Of a stretch of 64,000 nucleotides of DNA, positions 30,400-44,215 are shown piece by piece; the stretch's first letter is position 1; every line of letters starts with the position of its first letter. The notes under the pieces are model-generated. The model saw nothing but the letters and a program-made list of their open reading frames with translations. It ran no database searches and was not told the DNA's origin. The position numbers and the translations under genes were made by a program. This DNA comes from the human T2T-CHM13v2.0 reference genome, Homo sapiens. The stretch lies in NCBI RefSeq assembly GCF_009914755.1, contig NC_060929.1. One strand, 5' to 3'.

Positions 30400-30640
30400 A
30401 GAATGAATAATGGAAAGAGCCACGTATTGGAGCCAAAGAGAGCTGGAATTGATTCACAGTTCTGTCATTTAGAAACTGACAGTCTTGGGCAAATTACTTG
30501 TCTTTTCTGAGTCAGTTTCTTTACTTATAAAGTTGAAATAATAATACCTGCTTCATAATCATTTGAGAATTAACTAAAATTATGTTTACAAAAAATCTGT
30601 GCCCTATCTGGCATATAATTGGCATTCAGTAAATATTACC
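30400..30640 (+). mobile_element. MIR
   Basis: cttgggcaaattactt...tctgagtcagtttc...ataatacctgcttcata. Confidence 0.7.
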
Positions 30641-30729
30641 TCTCTTGCCTTATCAAAAGGGAGATGGAGGGGTTGCTGGGGAAAGTCATGGGGATTTCTC
30701 AGTATTCTAATCTGCTGGAAACAGAATTG

Positions 30730-30733
<4 letters not shown>

Positions 30734-30761
<28 letters not shown>

Positions 30762-30830
30762 CACGCGTGAGAGAGAGAGAGAGAGAGAGGGAGGGAGAAA
30801 GAGACAGAGAGAGAGAAAGAGAGGCAGAGA
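30734..30830. repeat. Compound (TG)n-(GA)n microsatellite
   Basis: Direct observation. Confidence 0.95.
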
Positions 30831-32525
30831 CAATTTAGGGGAAGGAGGCTTATTTGATTGCATTGATTTTTCTAATCTGTCTTCTTAAGTCATATTAGTG
30901 TCTGCAATTTCCTAGTATCAAGGAAAATGATAAACTAAAATTCCTCGGTGAACAGAGCCAATAAAGCAGAATGGTTTGTGGAAATAACCCATGGGCTGGA
31001 TTTAAAACCTAATGAAATAATTTTACCCTATTCCTATGTTCCATAGATCTACTTTCTCTTTTAGATGGTACTGATCGAGTGATAAATTTCTCTGTTTTAT
31101 TTTCTATGCTGGCCACTCTGGGGCCAACACATACTTTTCCCACATCTGTTAACATTACTGTCTTAGAATCTGTCAAAATGAAGAATAACTTCTTTCTCTG
31201 TGCCAGACCTGATTTGATACTCTTAAAGGCAAGGATTCAGACCTTTGTTGGCACCAAAGTACAGGAGCTGGGCACAGATATCACAGCTCTTCTTGTTCTT
31301 TATCAAATCCAGTGCCCAGGGTTTCCATATTACCAGGACTGCTGGCCTTGCACTGTCCAAACTGAAGTGTTTGCCGTGATGTAGAGGATCCAGCTTCATA
31401 CCAGGGGCTGCTCTTCTGTGGTTAAGAATGGATGCTTTAGAGTTTATCACCCTGATAAATGAAACGATAAAGGAAATGAAAAAGGTCCTGAGGCTTCTGA
31501 AATAATCTTTTTGGGGAGCCAGATTATAAACCCACGGTAAAATTTACTCATAACTTTTCCCAATATACAAATTTAAGATTCTTCCCATAAATGGATATCT
31601 AAGCTGCCACTTCTTCTGGTGGGGATCCTTGGGGAATCCAGGGCCTTTGTTTTATATTTAAAAATATTTGGAAGTCATACATATATAAAACAAGAAAGTA
31701 GGTATGATACCTTTTTAATAAAAAAAGAGCCTCAAGCAGCATCTGTGTATCATCTTTCCATGAAAGATCTGCAGATATCCCACCAGGATGGGTGCCGGCC
31801 TAGGCTGTACTCTTTGCTGGAGAATTATAGCTCCACTTTATTAATACCCTATTCCCATAATAAACAAAAGTGAATACATGATGTGTCACAAGAAGTTTAT
31901 GTCCCTCTGAGGGCTATCCTGATAATCCTCATAAGATTCATTCTTGAATTACTTCTTCTGCAAGAGTTCTTAATTTCAGGTCCATGGACACTCAAGAAGT
32001 CTGTGACACAACTTTACCTCAATTAAAATGTATATCACAACTAGAAACAGTTGACAAATTATTTCAGTAAAACTGATTTCACCTGTGATAGCAACAATTT
32101 TTATTTTTACTTATAAAAATACTATTCTGAGAAGTGCATAGGCTTCACAGAATTGTCAAAGGAATCCATGTCACTAACAAGTTAAGGATCTCTGACGTAG
32201 TGGAAGTTTCTGTGGGGCCCAGGGGGTCTTTTCGTATGACCTGCTGATTTCATTAATCTAATATTCACAGTTTGCAGTTTTCTCTTCTATGGTCTCACCA
32301 CCCTGGTCTCAGCCTCTATTGCTTTGCGTCTTCTGTATCTATGATGTGCTGTAATTGTCAAGTTAACTTTTTGGGCAGAACACGATTTTCAATACAGTGA
32401 TAGTGCAATTGATGATGGAAGATTTCCTCAGGTTTATGTCAGTTTATTGACCAAATCCCATATGCTGGTTACTGTGCTAGTCAAAAAGTATACAAGGTCA
32501 ATATTTAAAACAAGCAAAAAAAAAG

Positions 32526-32553
32526 CACACACACACACACAAAACAACCTAAA

Positions 32554-32594
<41 letters not shown>
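32526..32594. repeat. (CA)8 followed 16 nt later by (TG)18
   Basis: Direct observation; ends ~40 nt upstream of the exon 2 acceptor. Confidence 0.95.
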
Positions 32595-32596
<2 letters not shown>

Positions 32597-32657
32597 ACAT
32601 AATAACTTCTTATGTCTCCCACCCGCCTCCACAGATCTTGGAGACATCTCAGCTTTA

Positions 32658-32720
32658 ATGAGGACTTTCCAACATTCCAGACTGCCGTCCTGCAATGAAG
32701 CTCTGAGTCACGGTCTGTGA
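32658..32720 (+). other. uORF (20 aa, MRTFQHSRLPSCNEALSHGL*) plus nested 3-codon uORF 32695-32706 in the ZNF474 5'UTR
   Basis: Read directly from sequence; translation is not demonstrated. Confidence 0.5.
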
Positions 32721-32810
32721 GGCTAAGGTACTGGCAACGGTGTGAACCCCAGGACAACTAACCTCACTAACCTTCACTCTAAGCAGAAGCCCAAAGTGAG
32801 TCTGGCCTGA

Positions 32811-33941
<1,131 letters not shown>

Positions 33942-34397
33942 GGGAACAAGAGAAAACTATCCCCAGAATCAGCCACCTCAGCCCCTAGTATTTTTTCTAT
34001 CAATGCCTTGTATCAGCCTCAAAGCAGCCTGTTCAAGTTAACTCCCTGTTGAACTCCAGGGCCTATACCTCTCTTGGCTGAATAGATATAAGAACATCCT
34101 TGCCTGATGGGTTCATATTCCTCTTCAATTCTGCTGTCTAAAAGAAGAAGAGATGGACTTCTTTCTTCCCTGATCCCTGATACAAATAATCCCTGGGAGA
34201 GACAGTAATTTGAAAATGAGTCATTAATGCTGTGTCTACATTACAGAGATATAATTCCCATTCCAACAGCCAATATTTATTGCCGGTTTATTTTAGTCAT
34301 CTACCTTAGGAATTCATTTTTGGCAATGCTGGGTTATGCTGAGTTTATCTTACTAAAATAGAATCTGTGTCAAAAACCCCCAATGACTTTAGCAACA

Positions 34398-34403
34398 ATT
34401 AAA
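34398..34403 (+). terminator. Candidate polyadenylation signal (ATTAAA) of the short ZNF474 mRNA
   Basis: Common variant hexamer ~460 nt after the stop, followed by a T-rich tract at 34450-34460. Confidence 0.55.
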
Positions 34404-34867
34404 CACTGAAGCACTTGCAAAAATACACATGGTCTGTAAATACAGCATATTTTTTCTTTTGACACGTACATGGTTGTAGTAAGTAGGAAATTAACCCCAA
34501 TGTAGACACTGAAGCAACTAGGTTATATTCTGGGAGGTGCTTGGTTCCTGCTGCTGCTCTGTGCCCTGTGTTCAGGCTGAAGACAAGGCCCTGACCCCCC
34601 CACTTGGGCCATTGTGAATAAGCATGACCCCAGGAACCCCCAGCTTGAATGGCAAAGAGTTTTTAGGGTTTTATCTAAAGTTTCACCATGGGCAAGGATT
34701 GGAGAGAGTTGCTTACGAGGATGGCTACCTGCAAGATAGGGCCTGGTCCATGTTCTTTGTCCATTAAACCAGATTGTGGTTGCTTTGTCTTGTGTCAACC
34801 TTACAGAATATCAAATTATGAGAAACAGGAAGTGGTAAAAGTCTTTTTTCCATGGCTTGCTACTTGA

Positions 34868-35050
34868 AAAGCCCAGCCTGCCGAGATAATGAATTCTTAA
34901 GAAAACTAAGATTAGGCCAGGTGCGGTGGTTCATGCCTGTAATCCCAGCACTTGGGGATAATGTAAAGCCCAGCCTGCAGGGATAATGGATTCTTAAGAA
35001 AACTAAGATTAGGCCGGGTGTGGTGGTTCATGCCTGTAATCCCAGCACTT
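34868..35050 (+). repeat. Tandem duplication with 97-bp period, covering flank plus Alu head
   Basis: aaagcccagcctgc...aagattaggcc...cccagcactt at 34868 and again at 34965. Confidence 0.92.
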
Positions 35051-35300
35051 TGGGAGGCCAAATCCTGAAGTCAGCAGTTCAAGATCAGCTTGACCAATAT
35101 GTCTCTACTAAAAATACAAAAATTAGCTGGGCATGACTGTAGTCCCAGCTACTCGGGAGGCTGAGACAGGAGAATTGCTCGAACCCAGGAGTTGGAGGTT
35201 GCAATGAGCTGAAATCACGCACTGCACTCCAGCCTGGGTGACAGACTGAGGCTGCATCTCAAAAAAAAAAAAAAAAAGAAAAAGAAAGACAGACAGAAAA
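35013..35300 (+). mobile_element. AluS with several small internal deletions
   Basis: Alu body; TSD aagaaaac(t/g)aagatta. Confidence 0.92.
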
Positions 35301-37768
35301 AAAGAAAACGAAGATTATACCAAGCTATTGTAAAAGATTAAACCAAAGGAATTGGTTGGGGAGGCGGCATTCTTTATTTCTAATATGATTTTTCTTTCTT
35401 TTTTATTTTATTACTTTGAGGACTGTCTAGTCCTTTGCTCCTAAATTCCATGTTTAAAATAAAATAAGTATGGTCTTACTGGTTTAGAAGATTCCAAGAC
35501 AATGATTCGAAAGCTGAAGAGTCACTCACAGCTGCTGGGCAAGTTTTCCGATGAACATTGAAGAAAAAACAGCTAGTTTCTTTGCCTAACGAAAAACCAA
35601 ACTCCTCAGTGTGGCATGGTCTTCAAGCTGGTCTTATAAACGTGACCTGTTTTTCCCATCTTCTGTCTGTTGCTTTTCTTCCATAACCTGTGGGGTCTGG
35701 ATTCACAGAGTACAAGAAGCTGTGTCTCAGGGCTACAAATCAGAAACTCTGTTCAATTTCTGCCTTACAGAACTGTTTCTTGATTGTATGTATTTACTTC
35801 AAATGTTCTCATTACAGATCTAGAGATAGGGAAGCGTGTGGTCAGTATTCTTGTGCTTGTTGTTGTAACACATACTTTGTGCTCAAGAGTGGAGCCAACA
35901 GGCTGAGCACAGCATGTTCTTACTCAGTAACGATGGCTGAAACTGGCTGGCTTGGGCCCCCAGCTTCCCGAGGAAACACCTTCCTGACTCACCCGGTCAT
36001 CTGGAGGGGAGAATGTCAGGAGAGGCCAGCGATGGCCCTTCAGTGACTCGACTTATGCATTTAGACAAGAGTAGGGGGAGGCGGTCTAGAGGACATGACT
36101 ATGTCAGAGCACACCCAACCCTGCTCTCAGGCCTGAGAACACACATGTGAATGGGAAATTGGCCCCGACCACTGTCAGATGTGTGCTGGCCTGTTTGGGG
36201 ACCACACAAGATTCAGTAGAGGGCATAGAAGGGTCATCCAACATAGGGACCCTTTGGCTGCCAGGCTTAAAACAAGCTTGGGTTAGTTATGAAGGAGAAA
36301 GCTCTTAGGCTTCCAGGGAGCATAAGAACTTTCAAAGCAGTGGGCTTTAGCCCTTTCTTAGAGAAGATATTTACCCTTCCATAGTGCTTTCAGCAGAAAG
36401 CCTTTCCTTCACTGTGTAGTTTAGTTATGATTTGATCCTCCCTATAGATATTTTTCTATCATTTAAATTTTAGTGCTGTGAATTACTCATTTTCCATAAA
36501 GAACACTACTCTAATGATTATTAGATTTCAGAATTTCATCTGTCTGTGAAAGCTGACTTTTGGCAGCCTGTGACTCTCACACATTCCTTCTTACAATTCA
36601 GATTTCCCCCCGGAATCCTTGGTCTGATTTCAGATTAGAATCAGCTATCGTGCCTTATGTTCTCACAGGGTTCAATCTTGTAGTGGATTCAGGTGAGAGA
36701 AACAGTTTCGGAACTATGATCATAGTACTTGGAAAACAATTCACTCCAGTGACCCCACAGTCACTGTTTCACTGGCAGAATGAATTACCTTTCCCTCAGA
36801 ATGTTTCTCCAAAATAGATTGGCTCAGGTCCCTTATGATACAGATGCTCCTGTGATCCTTCTATCAAATCTAAACACAAACACCGATTAGACAAGCTCTG
36901 CTCCAAGATCTCAGTGGGCATTTTGCATTGCCTTCTAACCAATATGTTGGCTCAAATTGTCTCACTGTTTCACATCCAAAGTATAGCACTGAACTCACTC
37001 TTCCTGATCTCCCGGGAAAGTTGTGAAGGACACTAAACAGTATTTAAGAGGAATAAAACCTTCAGTGTGGATTTTTATTTAAAAGGTGGGATGGTCCTGG
37101 GACTGTGTTTATGTATTTCATGGTGTAATGAGCAGCAGCACACTTCCTTTCTTTCCTCTAAAAGAAAAGCCTAGATGGGTAATACCAATTTAGCAAAAAT
37201 TTAAAAGGGGTGTCAATTGCAGACAAAATTTTGATTCATAATATGGATCAAACTATATATTAATATTTTAAATTTTAATATCACATACATTTAATGAGAT
37301 TCTTTGATGTCATTTTAGTAAATTATTTTCTAAGCTATGCTGAGGGATATAATAGAAGTAATTATTCTTATTTTAATGTGAATGAATAAATTTTAATATT
37401 TGCATTTAATAGTTGATAAAATTTTGCCTGTTTTTAGAAGCTGATTGTAACTCATTCTTTAGCTTTAGGCCCTTTCAAGCTAATTGGAACAGAAGAGAGC
37501 TAATTAACTATAAACCAGAATGAAGCTTTTGTCTAATAAGTTTTTATTAGGTAAGGCTTGGGGTTATTTTCCTAGGATTTCACTTGTAACATTTGAAACG
37601 CTGTTCCTAAAAACCTTGTTCTATATTGCAAAATATGTATTATTTTTCTTAAGGGGAACTATCTTTTCTATAAATGATTGTCTCTCTAAACACAGTTTTA
37701 AGCTACTTTCAGCATCCTCAGTCCTCAGGTTTGAGCTAAAGCCCCATCAGACACATCTCCAGCATCTG

Positions 37769-37786
37769 GTGCTGCCATCTGGTGTT
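37769..37786 (-). promoter_or_regulatory. Candidate CTCF motif
   Basis: Reverse complement AACACCAGATGGCAGCAC versus consensus CCASYAGRKGGCRS; motif match only. Confidence 0.35.
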
Positions 37787-38131
37787 TTCTTTTAAAGTAA
37801 TGTGTTCTGTGCTATCAAATAATATTATTGACTTTTTCCTCCTTTGTGTCATCCCCAAATGTATTTGAGAAGGTGCCCTTATTAGATAAACTCCAGTTAT
37901 TTAGTGCTAGAGTTACATATTTGATTTAAAGCTACAAATGTTCTTCTCTGGCTAAGTATCTTATTCTTTACAGGCAAAACTCACAGTGGGAAGAGCATAA
38001 TCAGAAAAACACATGAGGGCAGGATATTCTCATCTTTTCAAATTCTGCATGTGTATCTATTAGGTAAGAAGAATTTGGAGTTTGGGGGAAGGCATGGAAG
38101 ACAGGCAACTAACTTTTACTGAATGCCTTTA

Positions 38132-38530
38132 TGTCTTAGTCCATATGTGTTGCTATAACAAAATACCAAAGACTGAGTAGTTTATAAAGAACAGAAATTT
38201 ATATTTCATGGTTCCAGAGGCTGGGAAGTCCGAAATCAAGGTACCAGCAGGATTTTTATGAACTTGTGAGGAATGCTCTACTTCCAAGATGGTAATTAGT
38301 TGCTAGATCCTCCAGAGGGGAGAAATGCTGTGGTGGAAGGGATGGAAATGCAAGAAGGGTGCTCCCTCTTCTAACCTTGATCCCTTTTATAAGGGTGTGA
38401 AGCCCATTCATGAAGGTGGTGCCTTCACAGCTTAATCGCCTCACAAAGGCCACACCTCTTAACATTGTTGCACTAGGAAGTAAGATCCACTGTGAATTTT
38501 GGAGGAGACACCACCATTGAAACCACAGCA
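38132..38530 (-). mobile_element. MST-family MaLR solo LTR
   Basis: tgtcttagtcc...gttgctataacaaaatacc...gaggctgggaagtcc...attgaaaccacagca. Confidence 0.85.
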
Positions 38531-38812
38531 CCTTATGATTAGCATTTTATATACCTGATGTCATTTTAATTCTCATTATATTACTATAAGATAAACATTA
38601 TTTTCCCACTTTCCAGGTTGGGAGATTGTGGTTAAGCAACTTGCTTAAAGTCATACAGTGGGTTCGCAAGTGGCTGTCAGAGCCATTCTGTCTAATTCCA
38701 AAAATTCATATATTTTCATGTCACTGTGAAAGGGGCATAGAAGTGATATAAAAAATGGGTGTCGCTACCCTGCCGACCTGTGAGTGTTAGACAGGAAGAA
38801 GAGGACAGAATT

Positions 38813-40400
38813 CCATTCATTCATTAATACTTATCATTAGGCATTGGATGAAGTACTAAATATAGAGTCATAAAAATATAGGCACAGTTCTTGACCTCTT
38901 GGAGTTTGTAGTCCTATTGAGGAAATCATATGGAATTTTTAAAAAATATACAATTTAAAATTGTGATATGACAGTGTGGAATGGTGGAAGACAAACATTC
39001 AGGATCTTGGCTAGAGAAAACCTGTGGGAGGAAGATATTTCAGCTAAGACATAAAAGGTGTGAAAGCACTAGCCAAGAGGAAACATGTGGAGGAAGGGAA
39101 TGGTTAGAGAAAAAGACATTCGGATCAATGGCAGCATGTATGAAGGTCCTGAGGTAAGGAAGATCTTATAATGAAGTGAAAGAGTGCACATGTGGCCAGG
39201 GCCTAATGAGAGAGGGAACAGGCACATGATGAGGCTGAAGAGGTAGCATAGTTTCCTCCAGCTGCTCTGTCAACACAGGGACATCAGTAGTTTGGTTACT
39301 GCAGGAACCCAGGTGAGAGCTGGTGATGCTTTGGCATATCATGTTGGTAGCAGAGATAAAGATAAGGTACAATGGGCAGATCTTGGTGATAGTTGGGATG
39401 TGGAGGGTAAGAAAGAGGGTCAAGGATGACTCCCAGATTTCTAGCTTGAGCAACTGCACTAGTAGTACCATTTTCTAAGATGAAGAAGACTGTGGAAGGG
39501 TTGGATTTGGGGAAGTAAGATCTATAGTTTAATTCTGGCCTTATCAAATTCAAAATGCATATGAGATATTTGACTTAAACTGGATCTATGAGTCTGGAAC
39601 TCAGAAGGGAGGACTGGGCTGGGATATACATTTGTGCATTATAAACATATATTTAAAGCAATCAGAATGAATACTCAGATAGAAAAACGGCCCAGGGCTG
39701 AGCCCTGAGATACAATATTTAGGGACTAGAGGGGAAGAAGCTGGAGAATGAAGGTCTGGAGATGCAAGAGAAAGGCCTAGAGTAGGGTGCCGTGAAAGCT
39801 GAGATCAGACAAATGTTCTAAATAAAGGCGTGGAAAACAGTGTTTTATACTGAGATGTTGAGTAGAATGAGGACCAAAAAATATTTAATTTGGCAGTGTG
39901 GATGCAGCTGCTAACCTTGGAAAGCACACAGTGCAGTGGTGAGAGCTGCAGAGCATATGGAGAATAAAGATAGAATGTGTTTTGAGAAGTATGGCTTTGA
40001 AGACTAGAAGAGAAATAGTAGGTTGGCTAGGAATAGAGATACTGGGATGAGAGGTTTTTTTTAAAAGGTGGGAGCTTCTAGATTATGTTTTAATGCTTAG
40101 AATAATGATCCAGTGGAGAAAAGGAGGTTGAAGAAGCAAGAGAGGTGATCAGAGAAAGTGCAAAACCTGGAAAAAAAATAGGCACCAGGAGATGGGATCA
40201 CCAGTGTGTGCAGAAGGAAGGTCTTCGATAGGAGAGGGCAATTTTTTTGTTTCAGGAGAGTGATGAACACAGATGAAGGCAAGCCTGTAGGTTATTAGTG
40301 GGGAGATAAGGTAAATACTACCTGTTAGCTTGTATCTCAAATTTTCTCGATGAAATATCGGGCAATCTTATCAAGCCTATCGGATGAGAAAGAGAGAGGT
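38813..40400 (-). mobile_element. L2 (L2a-like) long fragment
   Basis: cattcattcatt tail; gtcaaggatgactcccagatttctagcttgagcaact and other L2 motifs. Confidence 0.8.
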
Positions 40401-40505
40401 ATAAAGAGATAGAAAAAGATTAATGTTAAGAACCTTCTTAGTCCTTTGTCTCTTCATGCCTTCTGTTAAAACTGAGCTCCTGAAATCAAGACTAAGTCTT
40501 TTAGA

Positions 40506-40927
<422 letters not shown>

Positions 40928-40944
40928 TCAGCTGTGCTGATGTC

Positions 40945-41118
40945 ATGAAAACCAGCCTTGACCTCACAAACTACCCCTTGATGATGCTGACCGCTGGACT
41001 ACTAATATCCAACTGCCTGTGTCATTTCTTCATCTTTCCTTGGTGCCAACCATGCCTGCATATCAGGGCAGCATTCTATGATCCCATGGCTCTCACATCG
41101 ACAGACCACAACACTAAG
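40945..41118 (+). CDS. Candidate alternative upstream exon for the ZNF474-like unit (...MALTSTDHNTK|)
   Basis: Open frame with ATGs at 40945 and 41086 (cccATGG) ending in phase-0 donor AAG|GTAACA at 41118, in frame with 60406. No homology support. Confidence 0.4.
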
Positions 41119-43839
41119 GTAACAGGACCAGTTCTCTTCTACATTGTTGGCTCCAGAAGGCAACCCAAGGGAATTTGTGTATATGTATTACATGTGTGGA
41201 ATATGTGTGTGTCGAAGGTGGGGAAAGTTACACATTTTAGAGCAACAGCCTCATGAGTGAAATTGACATGTAGCTTTCTAATCTAAAAATTTAAAGGATA
41301 ATACTCACCTGTACAAATCACAGTCTAATATAATTATTTAAAAACTTATCCTTGACTTATAATTATATATCACATATTGCTGGGTAGAGACACTGTGATA
41401 GATACAACTACATCTCCCAGAGCCCAAAGCCCAAAGCAAAAATAGGTGCTCTTTCTTTGCATTGGCGCTTCTGTATGTGGCTTTCTGCTTCTCTAGAAAG
41501 AAAAATACTGACTGTAACTTCTGTGAGAGGAGAGAATCACATATTATAAATTCAAATATTATTTAGGCGTAAAATGAACAAAAACCATAACATAGTTATA
41601 CTCTCGAAAAGTTAATCTAACTTAATTTCATATGTCTTCAAAGCCTTTTTCCCCCATCACTTGCTTCCAGTCCAAACACACGTACATCCACATTTCCTAG
41701 TGATCATGCATACTGAATCTTTATATAATGAGCGAATGGATATAGCTTCAGTACTTAAAAATCCAAATTCCAAGGTCAACAACTACAATCTCTCCCAAAA
41801 TTCTTAAAGCTCCAACAAAGGCAGTGCAACGCAATCTGTAAGGAGTCCTTATTGAAACAGAGGTGACTGTCCCATGAACAGAATCTCACTGCTCAATGTG
41901 AGGCATAAGTTCAGCCTTATGGATAGGTGGGGAATTGAGAGAACTTTACTTGGGACTCCATCTTCTTCTCTCCCTTTATGTTGTGTAGTGCTCCTCTCCC
42001 TTACATCTCTTGTCTCTTTCTAATATTTACTTTATAAGGTTGTCTTATACATAGAAAGAAATGACCTACAAATTGAAGAAAGGGCTAGTAAATCCAGGAA
42101 CTCAATAAGTTTCCAGTATTCTCAGCCCAAGCACCTGCTCTGATGCCATGGTCCCATCTTTAAAGTCTCCCATGCTGCTCTCATATCCCAGGTTACCCTT
42201 AATCAGAGAAAGTGGGAACATAAAGGTATCACTGGTCCCATGTTAAAGCTTCAAGTAATTGGAGGCAGAGAGTAGAAAGGAAGGATAAGGAGAGAGCGGG
42301 GTCAACTCTGATAGGAAAATTTTTAAAAAATATCTTAAAGTTAGAATTCTTTCTGGCCTATCCAAGGTGGTGGTCTTCTTTTTATAGGAAAATTCCTTTT
42401 TTTGGCCTCTGCTCCTGAGCAATGTGCTCTCTAACACATAAGCTGTAGACAAATCAGGCACTAGAGAAAACCCAATGTCCAAGTTCAGGTCAGAGAGCAT
42501 TTTTTTTCATCTCTTTAATTATATGCACTGGACAAATTGAGTGTCTGCCGTAGCCCATGGATTTTTCTTGTCTTTCTTCCATTTTCCCTTGTTTCTCCAT
42601 TTTACTCTGTGACCTAGAAGCCAACTGGCATAAAAGTCAGGCCTGTATCCAAACTGATGAGCACAAGAACCAAACACCAAGAACATTCTCCAACCATTTT
42701 CTTCAAGGAAAGTCATTTCAGACAAGAATTTGGCAAGACATTTAATCAATACCTCAAACCCTTCACCTTCCAACTATGTTCTTCTAAGATCAGAAAAACA
42801 AAAGCAGAAACGGCTCTTATCTCAAATGTGAAAATTAAAAAAAAAAAAACCTTCAGCTAGGAAATTATTCCTTTCAGAAACCTAGACCAAATTAGAGTCT
42901 ATTTTGGAATTCATTCTTTGACCTATGATTTTCAGCTTTGTAGCTCAAGATTAACAATTAAATAACTAAAATGTCAGGCATGCATTGGAAATATCAATAG
43001 TTCTTTTTAAAAAATTAAATACATAAAGATAGTTTAATAAAAACAACATTTCCAAATGAATGTCAAATCTTTCTTAGGTTAAAAGGAACAAAAGAAAACT
43101 CCAAATCACAAGTAACAGACTCTTTTATGGTTGGCCAATAGACAGACCGGATTGGGAAATTCTTTTACACGGCATCCAGTGATTTCCAAAAACAATTTAA
43201 TTTCAAACAACGATCCTTCCAGATATGACATTTGGGAAGAATTGTTTAAAAACACCAGAAGTAAATGTGAAATACCAGTGGTTTCTAGACAATCAAACTC
43301 TGCAATTGTTAAGGTTTGGGAATGAACTATGCATTTACTCCCATACATTAAAATGCTATTTATACTTTGCATGTAGGAGGACATGACTAAGAGAGTAGAA
43401 ACTTAATTGTATATATTCAGTCTCAGTCAAGTTGGTTGAAATTATGTTTTAAATGGCTGAAGGCAAAATTCTGATTTGGAGAAATGAGTCTCTGGTGGCC
43501 TCGCCTCATATTCTAATCTCCTTTGCCTTTTAGCACCTTCTGCAACCTCCCTACCTCTGCACCCCCACCCCTTGGTATTGTTGGAAGGGGTCAAGATAAT
43601 TTTATAAACTTAACAGAAAACCATCCTTCATAGGACTGTTTGCATTCTGAAAACCTATCTGGGAGAAGTTAATGTTTGACCCAAAGGAATAAACTTTTGA
43701 GGTAGTTGGGAGAGCAAAGGCAGGAGTTTTGCTAGTTTTTCCCCAGTCCCATCCAATGGCTGACTCTGGACTTGTAAGGCAGGGCATGATACCCCACTGA
43801 CCACTGATGACTGTATCTCCCATGTTTCTAGAAGCAACT

Positions 43840-44215
43840 GGAATCAGACAGACCTGGATTCAGATCATAGATGCACAGTTAAATCAAATACCTTTGAACA
43901 AGTTACTTAACCTCCCCAAGCCTCAGTTTCTACCATAAGAGGTTGGAATGAGAGGATGACTGCAAAGGACCTGGGATGGTGCCTAACAAAACTTTATCTG
44001 TCAGCTTCTCCCTGCCACTTCACAGGAGACCCAACTCTCTGCAACAGAAACCAGCTTTTCCACTTAGTAATCACTGTGTGCTTTAGTTTCCTGGTTTATA
44101 AAATAGGGGCATTGAGCTCTGCCCAGAGGGTTATTATGAGAACAAATGAAATAAAGCATGTAAAGTGTTTAGTACAGGGCCTGTTAGTCAGTAAATGCTG
44201 ATAATTAGTTGCCAT
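43840..44215 (+). mobile_element. Two MIR fragments
   Basis: caagttacttaacctcc...cctcagtttc and gttattatgagaacaaatgaaataaagcatgtaaagtgtttagtacag. Confidence 0.7.
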
